From NCBI GenBank assembly GCA_037137755.1, contig JBAXJR010000008.1, positions 1 through 64,000 on the forward strand: a DNA stretch of 64,000 nucleotides, in the 5' to 3' direction. Within the stretch, counting starts at the first letter, position 1. Every line of letters begins with the position of its first letter. Shown here piece after piece: positions 49,551 through 60,338 of this stretch. The translations under genes and the position numbers were made by a program. The DNA is from Methanomicrobiales archaeon. Lineage in GTDB: Archaea; Halobacteriota; Methanomicrobia; Methanomicrobiales; Methanospirillaceae. The notes below the pieces were generated by a model, which saw nothing but the letters and a program-made list of their open reading frames with translations, was not told where the DNA came from and did not search any database.

Positions 49551-50369
49551 TCACGGCTTGTTTTCGTCATCTGACATCAATATTTTCAGGCTGGTAACCA
49601 TTCTCGAGAATGAATTAGCGAGTTCCCCAATTTCATCGTCCCTCTGAACATCCACCATCGCTGTCATATCGCCCATGCTGATCTTTTCGGCTGTATTATT
49701 CAGCTTCCTGATATCCCGGATCATTGTCCTTGAGAAATAAAAGATAATGAGTCCGGCAATAAGTGCTGAAAGGCCCATTATCAGGTAAATTGTGTAACCA
49801 ATGAAATCCTGCTTTGCTATTACCTTGTCTGCGGTCATATCGACACCAAGCACTGCCACCGTCTCACCGGCAGAGTTGCGGATTGGTGCATATCCGGACA
49901 TGAATGTACCCCACTTGTCCGTGTAGAAGTCTTTTGAGGCCACCGGGCTTTTCATCGCCTCAAAAATGGTGCTGGTCTCCCCTGTTGTGTAACTCTCCCC
50001 TATATGTGCAGCATCTGGATCTGTTCCATAGATATCATCCACGACAAAAACAATGCCGTTTCCGGTGTCTTTCATGATATAGGCATTCGTAATTTCATTA
50101 CTATTCGCCCGCATCGCCACCAGCTGGTCCCTTATCGCGATAAAGTGGGTAGTGTTTTCCTCCCCGGGCTTAAGTATAATGACCGTGTCCCCGTTGACCT
50201 GTGTCGCCATTATGCCGGCAACTTGTGAAAGTTCATCCTGGACAGATTCCTTTAAGGCAGACTTCGTTGCCCCGTACGTATAAAAAAACGTGAGACCCGA
50301 AATCAGGAGGATCAGGATGACAAACGATGCTGTTAATTTTGTCTGGAGGCTGTGACGTGCCGAAACCAA
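49551..50369 (-). CDS. Membrane sensor (TM, Cache-like domain, TM, HAMP) with no output domain
   Basis: TM1, extracellular YTDKWGTFMSGYAPI..VLGVD Cache-like motif, TM2, HAMP DEIGELANSFSRM, then stop. Confidence 0.85.
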   Translation of the reverse strand: MVSARHSLQTKLTASFVILILLISGLTFFYTYGATKSALKESVQDELSQVAGIMATQVNGDTVIILKPGEENTTHFIAIRDQLVAMRANSNEITNAYIMKDTGNGIVFVVDDIYGTDPDAAHIGESYTTGETSTIFEAMKSPVASKDFYTDKWGTFMSGYAPIRNSAGETVAVLGVDMTADKVIAKQDFIGYTIYLIMGLSALIAGLIIFYFSRTMIRDIRKLNNTAEKISMGDMTAMVDVQRDDEIGELANSFSRMVTSLKILMSDDENKP

Positions 50370-50822
50370 TTCAATTCACCTTCCCTGGTAGGGAGTTATA
50401 CCCATGTAGCCCGGTATTCCTGGGATATGAACACTGCGATCTTTCCTTTTAAGAACTGATCGAAAAGGATCAGGGCACCTAAACTGTCACCATTTCTACC
50501 CGGATTATTATACATATGATGCACCAGAACTCAATCAGGCCTTAAAAAATTACCTGAAATTTGATCTGTGCAAAATAGCAACGTATCATGCCGGGGAATT
50601 GATAACAACCAACTTACGCTGAACATGTATGAGGACCAATAGTTTGTCCTACTCCAGCACAATTTCAATCCTCTTTACCGTTAATAACGATGGATACTAT
50701 CCCTTTGTCATTCACTGCACAAAAAGTAATTACTTTAGGTGAGTAGTCAGTAAACGCAACACAATTTATTCAAACTTAAAATTCAAATAAAAGATAAGGC
50801 CTTAATTAAGAAATCAAGGACG

Positions 50823-50865
50823 CTCTTGGGGGCTTTGCCCCGCCGCTAAGGCAACCCCCAATGAG
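50823..50865. repeat. GC-rich intergenic hairpin
   Basis: CTC-TTGGGGG..TTGCC..GGCAA-CCCCCAA-TGAG pairing. Confidence 0.5.
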
Positions 50866-50981
50866 ATAGTTCCCAGACGGGTAAATTTTCTGAAATGAAC
50901 GTATTATTAGTAACTGAATGGATTCCTCTGTTTCTTGGATCAACCGAACTGTATCCGGATGGTTCCAGATGATGAATCATC

Positions 50982-53900
50982 TTAACCATTTTTGCGATAC
51001 ATTCCCTTTGGCACGCTAATCTCGAAACATGCACCTTTTCCTGGTTCCCCTCTCTCCAAAATGGTAATACCTGTAAGAGAGAGGATCTCACGAACAAGGA
51101 ACAGCCCGAGACCGGTATTTTTTCCAAAACCTCTTTCAAAGATCTCCTCTTTCTCTTCAGGAGGAATACCGATCCCGTTGTCCTCCCACGTGATTTTCAG
51201 GCCCTGGTCTGAGTGACTGGACGATACCCTGATTTTTGTGACATGTTCCCCATGTCGCATCGAATTGTCGAGAAGATTGAAAAACACTTTTCCGAGCATC
51301 GGGTCTGCGTACACTTCAATTCCATGCACGAATGAATCCAGTATAATCGTTGCCGGTATCTCTGTACGGGGTAATATCTGATCCAGATCCTGCCACCCCG
51401 GTTCCTGGCTGCCAAGGGCCTGGTAGACTTTCGTGAACGCTATCTGGGATTGGATCGCCTTAATTGCAGATTCTATTTTTCCGAGGTACTCTTTCAAGGA
51501 AGGATCGTTGTATTTCTTTTGTACGATTGCAAGATACCCGAGGATTACTGAAGCCTTGTTATTGATATCGTGCCTGGTGATGCTGCCGAGAAGACCAAGC
51601 TGCTGGTTTGCCTTCCGGAGGGCATCCTCCGCATGTTTTCGTTCCGTGATCTCGCGGCTTACACCACGGAATCCAGAAAGTGAACCCTCGGGACCAATAA
51701 TCGGACTCGCACTGATCTCCAGCCAGACCATGGTCCCGTCCTTCCTCTGCATTTCAACTTCAAAAAAAGTCACATTACCAATTGTCCCCGATTTTGCTTC
51801 CTCAAAACGTTGTGCAAGCCTTTTCTTCACCATCGCTGCGGACTCTTCGGTAATGATTTCCAGGAGGGACCGGCCGAGAATCTCGTTATTGGAAAAACCG
51901 GTGATTTTTTCCTGTGTAGGGCTGACATAGGTGAAACGGAGATCAACCGTGGTCTGCCAGACAATATCATGGATATTATGAAGAAGGTCACGGTATTTCG
52001 CCTCGCTTTCCCGTAGTGCCTCCTCTGCCTGCATGCGTTCGGTCATGTCATGTGCACGGGTGAGGAGGAATTCCCCACTCCCGATGGTTATGAACTTCAT
52101 CGTGAAAAGGACCGTCCGATGCTCACCGTTCCGTAACCGGAATAGCAAATCTTTCTCAAAAATGTCCCGGCGTAATGTAAGAGCTGACACAATCTCGTCC
52201 CGTTGTGCAGGGTCCACCCACAAATTCAGTTCCTTCGTCGTCCTTCCAATCAGCTCTTCCGGTGTATACCCGGACCAGCTCGAAAAGGCGGGGTTTGCAT
52301 TGAGGATTTTTCCGGTTTCAATGTCCGTTATCGCAACAGGATCCGGGTTGAAGTTGAATGCAGCAGAGAACCGCTCCTCGGACTGGATTAACCGCTCCTC
52401 AGCCCGCTTACGGTCAGTGATATCTATGCAGACGCCCTCATAATTGAGTACGTTCACGTTCTCATCATGAACCGCACGGGCTGATACTGTCACCCAGAAC
52501 GGGGTTTTATCCCATTTTTGCACAGGAAATTCCCGGAATTCCATGATACCTGTCTCCTTGAGGGTTTCAACCACGTTCCTACGGTCTACCTGGTTCGAGT
52601 ACAGGTCCCGCCCGACATTTACACCGGTATGGATCATGGTTTCGGCATCGGCAAACCCATACATCCGGGCAAAAGTGTTGTTTGCATTAATCAATGTACC
52701 ATCGCGGGCAGTCTCAAAAATACCGACCAGGGCATTCTCAACGAGATTACGGTGCTTTAATTCGGATTGCCTGAGCGCTTCTTCCATCTGCTTCCATTCA
52801 GTAATATCCCGGCCGACAGACTGGTATTCCTTCAGGCGGCCATCCGGATGAAATAGAGCACGGTCAACCCAGCGCTGCCACCGGGTTGTGCCATCAGGCA
52901 TGATTATCCGTTGATCGATGGTTACCAGGGGATGATCAGGTGAGAGGGAGGCAATGCATAGGGACACCCGTTTCTGGTCATCAGGATGTATCGCAGGCCG
53001 GAACCGTGAGCCTATAACGTTCTTCCGGTTTAAGCCAAAGTACTGGCAATATGCCTCATTTACAAAAATGTGGGTACCGTCCGGGAGGAACCGGCAGATG
53101 AACTCAGTCTGGTCCTCGACAACATGCCGGTACCGTAACTCACTCTCTGCAAGCGCCTCCTCAGCTCTCTTTCGGTGAGTAATATCAAGCGCGGTAAATG
53201 TGACACCAACGGAAAAGTTGGACGGTTCGATCGGTGTCGATGAAAGAAGAACATTAATGATCGTTCCGTCCTTCTTCCGGAACCTGGTCTCGACCGAGCC
53301 ATGTCCTTTCGATGCTATCTGGTCATATTTCTCCTGCCCGACATAATCATAGTCCTCCTGTGCCGGGTAGAGGAAACGTGCCGGTTTGCCGATGAGTTCT
53401 TCCGTAGTATACCCGGTTATCTGGCAGAACTGATCATTGACATTCTGCATCACCCTGTTGATGGCGACACCGATACCGACCGGTGCAACGTGTATAATGC
53501 TGCTGAGGTACGATTCACTCTCCGCAAGCGCCTTTTCAGCCTGTTTTAATTTTGTGATGTCACGGGAAACACCAAGGACTGATCGTACCGACCCGTCACC
53601 CGCATATTCAGGGGTGAGTTTCAGGTCAAGGAAGACAGTCCCTTCAGCACTCTCCCAGGCAAACTGGAACTGGACACCCTTCCCGGTTTCAAAGACCTGC
53701 AGAATCCTTTCTTCCCAGATGCGTGAGAGAGACTCGTCATATCCCGCTTCTTTGTGGGTTTTCCCGATAACGTCCTGTTCAGTCAGTCCGGATACCCGCA
53801 ATGCAGCCGGGTTCATATAGAGGTGGCGGCACGCCCGGTCGTACCGCATGATGTAGTCCTCGCTGTCTTCGGCAAGTGTCCGGTATTTCTCCTCGCTTTC

Positions 53901-54656
53901 CCTCAGGGCCTGTTCTGTCGTCCTGCGATGGGTGATGTCACTGATTATGCCGATTGCACCGGAAATATTTCCGGCAGCATCATAGTGGGGCGAATAGATG
54001 CCTTTTACCCAGCCACTCTTCCCTGTTTCGGGGAATTGGAAGGGGAAGTCCAGGGATTCACCTGAAATTCCGGATAATGCCTGCTCCAGCAGGCGGGCAA
54101 CGCCGGTCTCTATAAGAAACGGAAATTGTTCGAGGGTATTCCTGCCGAGAACTGTCGCTGCAGGAATACCGGTCAGATCCTCCATGAATTTGTTCCAGAG
54201 GACGATATGCAGTTCCTGGTCATAGACGACGATCCCTTCCCTGGCATAGGATATCACCTCACGGCTGAATTTTTCAGCTTCCCGCTTTCCGATTGCCTGC
54301 CTGATTTTATGCACAAGTTCCGCGAACTGGGCATCCGGTTCTCCGCCTTTCTGGAGATAGAAATCAGCTCCCTCGTTTAATGCCTGGATAACGACCTCTT
54401 CCCGGCCGCGGCCGGTAAAGATAATAAATGGTATCGTATTGCCTGATGCACGGACACGTTTTAAGAATTCGATTCCATTCATTCCCGGCATCTCGTAATC
54501 TGAAACGATTGCCTGGTACTGTTCATGCTGGAGGTGGTCCAGCGCTTCAGATGCTGAACCAATAGGTATAACATAAAAATCTCCGGTCTCCTCCAGGAAC
54601 AGTTTACCGATATCAAGAAGGCTCTGCTCGTCATCGACATACATTACCCGGAGCAT
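50982..54656 (-). CDS. Receiver, multi-PAS/PAC, histidine kinase (hybrid sensor)
   Basis: REC (YVDD, SDYEMP, FTG, QKG), about seven PAS/PAC units ending DIT.RK, H-box TRHDINN, NLLDNS and GLGL. Confidence 0.93.
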   Translation of the reverse strand: MLRVMYVDDEQSLLDIGKLFLEETGDFYVIPIGSASEALDHLQHEQYQAIVSDYEMPGMNGIEFLKRVRASGNTIPFIIFTGRGREEVVIQALNEGADFYLQKGGEPDAQFAELVHKIRQAIGKREAEKFSREVISYAREGIVVYDQELHIVLWNKFMEDLTGIPAATVLGRNTLEQFPFLIETGVARLLEQALSGISGESLDFPFQFPETGKSGWVKGIYSPHYDAAGNISGAIGIISDITHRRTTEQALRESEEKYRTLAEDSEDYIMRYDRACRHLYMNPAALRVSGLTEQDVIGKTHKEAGYDESLSRIWEERILQVFETGKGVQFQFAWESAEGTVFLDLKLTPEYAGDGSVRSVLGVSRDITKLKQAEKALAESESYLSSIIHVAPVGIGVAINRVMQNVNDQFCQITGYTTEELIGKPARFLYPAQEDYDYVGQEKYDQIASKGHGSVETRFRKKDGTIINVLLSSTPIEPSNFSVGVTFTALDITHRKRAEEALAESELRYRHVVEDQTEFICRFLPDGTHIFVNEAYCQYFGLNRKNVIGSRFRPAIHPDDQKRVSLCIASLSPDHPLVTIDQRIIMPDGTTRWQRWVDRALFHPDGRLKEYQSVGRDITEWKQMEEALRQSELKHRNLVENALVGIFETARDGTLINANNTFARMYGFADAETMIHTGVNVGRDLYSNQVDRRNVVETLKETGIMEFREFPVQKWDKTPFWVTVSARAVHDENVNVLNYEGVCIDITDRKRAEERLIQSEERFSAAFNFNPDPVAITDIETGKILNANPAFSSWSGYTPEELIGRTTKELNLWVDPAQRDEIVSALTLRRDIFEKDLLFRLRNGEHRTVLFTMKFITIGSGEFLLTRAHDMTERMQAEEALRESEAKYRDLLHNIHDIVWQTTVDLRFTYVSPTQEKITGFSNNEILGRSLLEIITEESAAMVKKRLAQRFEEAKSGTIGNVTFFEVEMQRKDGTMVWLEISASPIIGPEGSLSGFRGVSREITERKHAEDALRKANQQLGLLGSITRHDINNKASVILGYLAIVQKKYNDPSLKEYLGKIESAIKAIQSQIAFTKVYQALGSQEPGWQDLDQILPRTEIPATIILDSFVHGIEVYADPMLGKVFFNLLDNSMRHGEHVTKIRVSSSHSDQGLKITWEDNGIGIPPEEKEEIFERGFGKNTGLGLFLVREILSLTGITILERGEPGKGACFEISVPKGMYRKNG

Positions 54657-54988
54657 ACGTGACCCGACCGCCTTCCTATACTGAAAATATTCGGTCAGGT
54701 ATTATTAATAACGCATTGATATAGTTGGCAGATTGATCTGGTAGTTCCAACCAGGTCAATATTCAGATGTACCCAAAAAAACCAGATATCGATATTAAAT
54801 CTGGGATTTTTTACATCGGCTTATCAGAGTGCTATTTAAAAAAGAAATTAACCAGAAAATAATGGAGTAGAATCTATATTACTTATCAGCAACGCCCCGG
54901 CCGGGATTTAGCTATTCTGGGTTTCCTTGCAATTGTTCAATGTTCATCAATCAAATGGCTTATCGTATGGAGCACAAACGGTTTAATG

Positions 54989-55546
54989 TCAACGAGAGCG
55001 TCGCAGCAATAAAATCAACACCACTGCAAATACAGGGATCCAAAACGGAATCGGCACATCAAGGGACTTATCTCTATTGCGCTCTACGATCTCTTTCCAT
55101 CTCTGCCAATCTTGGTATTTTTTTTCCGTTTCCTTTATTTCTGCATCATGCCCGGGCCAACTTGTGTAAACGAGTAGCTTCTCGCTCTCAATATTTGGCA
55201 GTTCTTCTATCGCTAGATCTCTCTTTTTTCCCTGTTCCATATTTGCTGGATCCGAGGAGTGCGGGTCGACACTCAGCATGGCCAAAGGACTATCAATCTC
55301 TTCAGCCTTGTTGAAACATTGGATGGCCACCTCATAATTACCTGCTTTAGAGGCTGCTTTGCCCTCGTTCACCCAATCAGCAGCAGTATACTGTGATTTT
55401 GGTTTTTCCTGAAGGATATTCGGGAAATTCACCGCGGTAATTGGCGTAAAGGAAGATAATTCCAACATTGAAGCGGAAACCGCTGGCATGATGAACAGTA
55501 GTATGCAGATAAGTAAAAAAATGAATCCTATCCGTCGAGTTTCCAT
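54989..55546 (-). CDS. Secreted single-TPR protein with a PIP-type C-terminal sorting signal
   Basis: Signal peptide, WVNEG..GNYEVAIQCFNKA TPR, and VPIPFW-TM-RRSR terminus. Confidence 0.7.
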   Translation of the reverse strand: METRRIGFIFLLICILLFIMPAVSASMLELSSFTPITAVNFPNILQEKPKSQYTAADWVNEGKAASKAGNYEVAIQCFNKAEEIDSPLAMLSVDPHSSDPANMEQGKKRDLAIEELPNIESEKLLVYTSWPGHDAEIKETEKKYQDWQRWKEIVERNRDKSLDVPIPFWIPVFAVVLILLLRRSR

Positions 55547-55889
55547 AATTATACTTTTTTCATCTAGGCCTTATACTTTTTGCAATCACGACGGCCTATC
55601 GATGTTCATTGTGGATCGCCTGTCAATCTGCTACGATAGACCATTTCGGAATGAGAAACCATACCAATTGGGCTATTGAGAGAACCCTCAAATATAGTTG
55701 AAAAATAAATTGGTTGCAGAGATCGCTCGGTATTTACAATTTATCCAAAAACGAATCTACCAGAATATAAGGGCATCCAATAAGATCCAGGAACCACCAG
55801 TATTCAGAAATCCGGATGACTGCACAGTTCATCGGCAAAGCCTGACATAATTAGCTTAAAAAACGGGCTGATGGGGAAGTAAAAGTTAA

Positions 55890-56469
55890 TGTGTTATTGC
55901 AACAGCAACATCTGGCATCCCTCTGATGAACCAGGTCCTGCAGCTTCGCGAATTCCGGGATAACTATCTGCTCCACGGAATCAGGGAATCAGTTCATGAC
56001 TGCGTTAATGTATGCAATTACACATTCGATCCTGCAGTGGCAATATTTATTGACCCACCTCCTCCGACAAAACCTCCAATGCAGGTTATTCTGACGCCAC
56101 TTCCAGGGATACTCACTCCATAAAGGAGGAGTTTTTGCCAAATCTTCATATCCTGATATTATCAGTGATATTAGCCGATCTTATCGTAATCACGCTCATT
56201 GTAATGGCCTATGTATTTCCCTGTTTTATGAACTGCTGGTAATTATTCGAAGAGTTTAGACCTTCAGGTAGACGACCGGCGTCTTGAGTGCTGTAGGTTG
56301 TTATTACCGTAACCCTCTCGCCCTTATTGTTGCCGGGGGCATGGTACCTACAAAACTGGCCTTCCGGGCCGGAAGCGTCCTGTTTATTGTCAGCCAGGTC
56401 CACTTACCGGTCATTTACTGCCATGGGAATGCCCGAACCACCGAATTCCCGGTCAGTATACGCCAATAA
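55890..56469 (+). pseudogene. Decayed CFI-box-CTERM domain gene fragment
   Basis: CVIATATSG.PL..QV.QLREFRDNYL...Y.F.PAVA.FI....ILTPL.GIL, preceded by an in-frame TAA; hydrophobic segments continue in shifted frames. Confidence 0.65.
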
Positions 56470-56634
56470 TTGATAATCCCCTGATTTTTTGGGTTCTAAA
56501 AGCCATATTATGTAGAAGCAGAAATCATGTTGTCAGAAACAGAGGTGTACTGATACAAATATTTTTACTGAGTAATCAATGTCTTCACTATAATGATAAC
56601 AAAGGTATTTCCTTTCATACAGGTATTCCGTTCC

Positions 56635-57090
56635 CTAGGGGAAGAACGAAAGATAGAACAGGTCTACAATAATCGATGCTAGACCAATAATGATCCCGAT
56701 AACCCCGATGATTGCCGCCTTGGTTTTTTTGTTCTCGGACTTATAAAGGACAATCACCCCAAAGACAATGGCAAGTGCCCCGCAGATATAGGGGTACCGG
56801 AACCAGGCTATAGCCCCTAAAAGTATACTCCCGATACCCAGAGCTAACAGCTGATTGTTAAGAGAAGCTATTGTCGTGGCCGCCGCGGCCGGCTGCATAA
56901 TGGCTGGTTGTCGTGAATCATACTCAACTTGAGCAGGTGATGTAGACGCAACAGTTTTTAATGGAACCTCCGTGGGTGGTTGATTTTGTGCCTGTTGGGC
57001 TTTCCGGAGAGGTTTCCCGCATTCTCTGCAGAAATTATTCGTATCTGGATTTTGGGTCCCACATTTGCCGCAAAACATATCATTTCTCAA
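56635..57090 (-). CDS. Zinc-ribbon membrane protein (DUF4190-like C-terminus)
   Basis: FCGKCG...FCRECG, Gln/Pro linker, two to three TMs with GALAIVFG and AIIGVIG. Confidence 0.78.
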   Translation of the reverse strand: MRNDMFCGKCGTQNPDTNNFCRECGKPLRKAQQAQNQPPTEVPLKTVASTSPAQVEYDSRQPAIMQPAAAATTIASLNNQLLALGIGSILLGAIAWFRYPYICGALAIVFGVIVLYKSENKKTKAAIIGVIGIIIGLASIIVDLFYLSFFP

Positions 57091-57311
57091 ATGTCTGATA
57101 GTATTTGAGTTAATATAAATTTAGTGATCCCCCGGGGATATCTATTGTTTTCATTTATTAAGTCAAAATGGGTAAGTGCACACCGCAGCAAACTGTGGGG
57201 TATTCGGATAAAATAAACAATTAATCCACTTCCAATCTTGACATTAGCGAGTTCGGGTCTGGGTAGTTCCTGATAATCGACAAATCCAATACCTAGGCTT
57301 TTATACAGCGA

Positions 57312-58982
57312 ATGGCTAATTTTCATCATATCCCTATAAAGGAGATGACTGTCTTGCCATTCTGTGGGAAATGTGGAAATGAATTATTACCAGATGAAAA
57401 ATTCTGTGGAGTTTGTGGCACAAGTATTTCGGAGAGTGGAGGGACACTTGTTTCACCTCCTACTGGAGTCACTCAGCCTCCTGTGATCGGGACTGCAACA
57501 TCGGTTGAATCTGTTATTAACCGTCAATCAGCAGGTACACCGGGACCCGGTAAAAGGTCACGAAATTTTTTAATTCCGATCATTATTGCGATTATTATTA
57601 TTGGGGTTATCGCGGCAGTTTTACTTGTAGGTATTCCCGGCATGTCAAAAACCAGCGCCGGAAAACCTGGAAATACTCCAACAGGTGGATCTGTAATTTC
57701 TCACGCATTTGAAGGTGACTGGCAGGTCATGAATGCCGCAGAATCTGGGTCTGTTCAGGCATTCAGGATCACTATTCTTCCGGATAACACTGTTACAGCA
57801 TCATTCCCTATGTTGCAGAGTGAAAAAATTTCAGGTTCACTGTCAGATGGCGGATCAACTTTGAAAGGCACGTATTCTGATAATGTCTCAGGGGAAACAG
57901 GAACGTTCACAATCGTCCTGTCAGATAACAACCATTTCAGCGGGACCTGGCAGTCACATGGACATAGTTATTCAATAACAGGGGAGAAAGGTCCCCAGGT
58001 TTTACAAACAGGGATCTCTACTTTGGGAACTACACCTATTTCCCAAACGTCCGCAACCCAAGCAACCGGAACCCGGACCACAACTATCAAGGCAGACTTC
58101 ACTGTTGATACAAATTCTGGATCCATTCCCCTTACCGTATCCTTCACTGATTTATCAACAGGCTCACCCGACCAGTGGTTTTGGGATTTCGGCGATGGTA
58201 CGCACTCAACAGAGAAGAGCCCGGTACATACGTTTAAAACAGAGGGTAGCTTTACCGTGACCCTAAACATTGACAAGAATGGTCAGACCTCATCAAAGTC
58301 ACAGGGGATTACGGCGTCATCACTTCCGCTTACGGCAAATTTCGTTGCCGATCAAACGTCAGGGACTGCACCACTTACGGTTACATTTACTGATACATCC
58401 AGAGGGTCCCCGACAACATGGATATGGCAGTTTGGAAACGGTCAGATTTCGTATGAAAGAAACCCTGAAATGACATACCAGGGATCTGGTACCTACACGG
58501 TCCAGTTGACCGTGGAAAAAAGCGGAATCCAGAGTAAAAAGAGCGAGATCGTTAATGTGTATTCCCCATCTCCAATCACAACCATTGTGACAACTACAGC
58601 TCTAATAACCTCGGCTGTCACATCAGAATTCTACAATGGGAACATCTACGCTGTTTACAACAACCCGACAAAACCAACAGTTGTCACCTTCGGGACACCC
58701 GTTAAAATCATCTCCATAACGAATTACCATTGGAATAATGGTAAGGGGGCCTCACCTGGTAAAATCGCCCTGAAGCATTCTGATGGAACGCTCTATGGTT
58801 GGTGGTCAGCTTCCGGTCAACCGGGATCGGGAGGAGTCTCAAATGCCTACTGGTTAGTGAACCCTTCTGTAACTGCTAAGGCAGGAACTTACACAGTCCT
58901 TGACTCTGATCCATCCACATGGGCACAAAATTCCCAGTCTGGCAACGCCGGAATGACGAGGATTGTCTATCAGCAAGTTTGA
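57312..58982 (+). CDS. Zinc ribbon, TM, extracellular domains including two PKD repeats
   Basis: FCGKCG...FCGVCG, one TM helix, WFWDFGDG and WIWQFGNG PKD repeats, C-terminal YHWNNG..WAQN domain; true start probably near 57346-57355. Confidence 0.82.
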   Translation: MANFHHIPIKEMTVLPFCGKCGNELLPDEKFCGVCGTSISESGGTLVSPPTGVTQPPVIGTATSVESVINRQSAGTPGPGKRSRNFLIPIIIAIIIIGVIAAVLLVGIPGMSKTSAGKPGNTPTGGSVISHAFEGDWQVMNAAESGSVQAFRITILPDNTVTASFPMLQSEKISGSLSDGGSTLKGTYSDNVSGETGTFTIVLSDNNHFSGTWQSHGHSYSITGEKGPQVLQTGISTLGTTPISQTSATQATGTRTTTIKADFTVDTNSGSIPLTVSFTDLSTGSPDQWFWDFGDGTHSTEKSPVHTFKTEGSFTVTLNIDKNGQTSSKSQGITASSLPLTANFVADQTSGTAPLTVTFTDTSRGSPTTWIWQFGNGQISYERNPEMTYQGSGTYTVQLTVEKSGIQSKKSEIVNVYSPSPITTIVTTTALITSAVTSEFYNGNIYAVYNNPTKPTVVTFGTPVKIISITNYHWNNGKGASPGKIALKHSDGTLYGWWSASGQPGSGGVSNAYWLVNPSVTAKAGTYTVLDSDPSTWAQNSQSGNAGMTRIVYQQV

Positions 58983-59360
58983 AGGTCGTGACGATTAAAA
59001 TAATCACACAGATTTGGCGCCAGAAACAACCGGTACTATAAGGATCGCCAACTTGGAGTGGCCGGTTCTTTCTAAATTTTTCTTGACTGCTGTAATCATT
59101 CTTAGACACCCTGGCGATCCAGAAGTAATTAAGAAAAGGCCAATCTCGAAGCGACCAATTCCAAATTTTTCACTCATGGGAGGAAATTAATAAAGTTATA
59201 GAGTCTTCTATCGGTATCCCTCGTTTTTTTTCTGTCCTTTGACAACTGACTGCTGTCTTGATTATGTGCAAGTTCTGTGAACTGTGCCTTGAGTTCACGA
59301 CCTTTCTGGAGATAAAAGTCTGCATCGTTGTCGATCGCTACAGTGTATTATTTAAAAAAA

Positions 59361-60338
59361 TTACACCGCCATCACAAGTCCGAGCTCGTGAAGTACCGCC
59401 TCTCCAAATTCCTTTGTACCGGCAGATCCTCCAAGGTCCCGGGTCTTTATCCCCCTTGAAAATACCGTTTGGATCGCACACTCAATAGCATCCGACCCTG
59501 GAATATCCCCGGCATGCCGGAGCAGGAGCGCTGCACTCCGCAATGCTGCAACGGGGTTTGCCAGATTCCGGCCCGCAATATCAGGAGCACTTCCGTGGAC
59601 CGGTTCAAAAAATGCGTGGCGTTCCCCGATGTTGGCACTCGGCAGCATACCAAGGCCGCCAACGAGGTACGCAGCAACATCCGACAGGATGTCCCCGAAC
59701 ATGTTCGTCGTCACGATAACATGGTACGATGTCGGGTGGATAAGCACATCCAGGCATAACGCATCAATGAGCCGGTCATTGCAATTCACCCCGGCAACCG
59801 ACGCTTCGTGGAGGCATATGTCCCTGAAGAATACGTCCGATTTCATCACGTTGGCCTTGTGGCCGATGGTCAGGGTCCTGCTCCCCGCAAGGTTGCAGGC
59901 AAACCGGGCGATACGCTCACATTCATGGCGGGTCAGGACCCGGAGCGTCGTCGCACTGTCTACCCCTACCTCTTCGATCCCCGAGTAAAGACCTTCGATG
60001 TTCTCCCGCACAATGGTGATGTCAAAGCCGTTGCCCTTCACCGGACGAACATTGGCAAAGAGGTCGAGATCTTTTCGTATCCGAAGCAGCACGCTGCGGT
60101 AATCGGGAACAGAAGGTGTTGTTATCGCACCAAACAGGATGGCATCTGCCGATTTGAGCAATTCAAAGTCATCATCACTCATCGCCTCGCCCGTCCGCTC
60201 CCACCGTTCGTACCCGACTTCCACCGGGAATAATTCATACTCGGGGTGGAGCAGGGATAGCACATCCCTTGCAACGGGAATTACTTCCTTCCCGATACCA
60301 TCCCCGCATACGATTGCAACACTTCTGACCTTCGCCAT
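59361..60338 (-). CDS. aksF: Isocitrate/isopropylmalate dehydrogenase family; probable homoisocitrate dehydrogenase AksF
   Basis: [34 protein letters not shown] and [13 protein letters not shown]; AksF call rests on operon context. Confidence 0.75.
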   Translation of the reverse strand: MAKVRSVAIVCGDGIGKEVIPVARDVLSLLHPEYELFPVEVGYERWERTGEAMSDDDFELLKSADAILFGAITTPSVPDYRSVLLRIRKDLDLFANVRPVKGNGFDITIVRENIEGLYSGIEEVGVDSATTLRVLTRHECERIARFACNLAGSRTLTIGHKANVMKSDVFFRDICLHEASVAGVNCNDRLIDALCLDVLIHPTSYHVIVTTNMFGDILSDVAAYLVGGLGMLPSANIGERHAFFEPVHGSAPDIAGRNLANPVAALRSAALLLRHAGDIPGSDAIECAIQTVFSRGIKTRDLGGSAGTKEFGEAVLHELGLVMAV

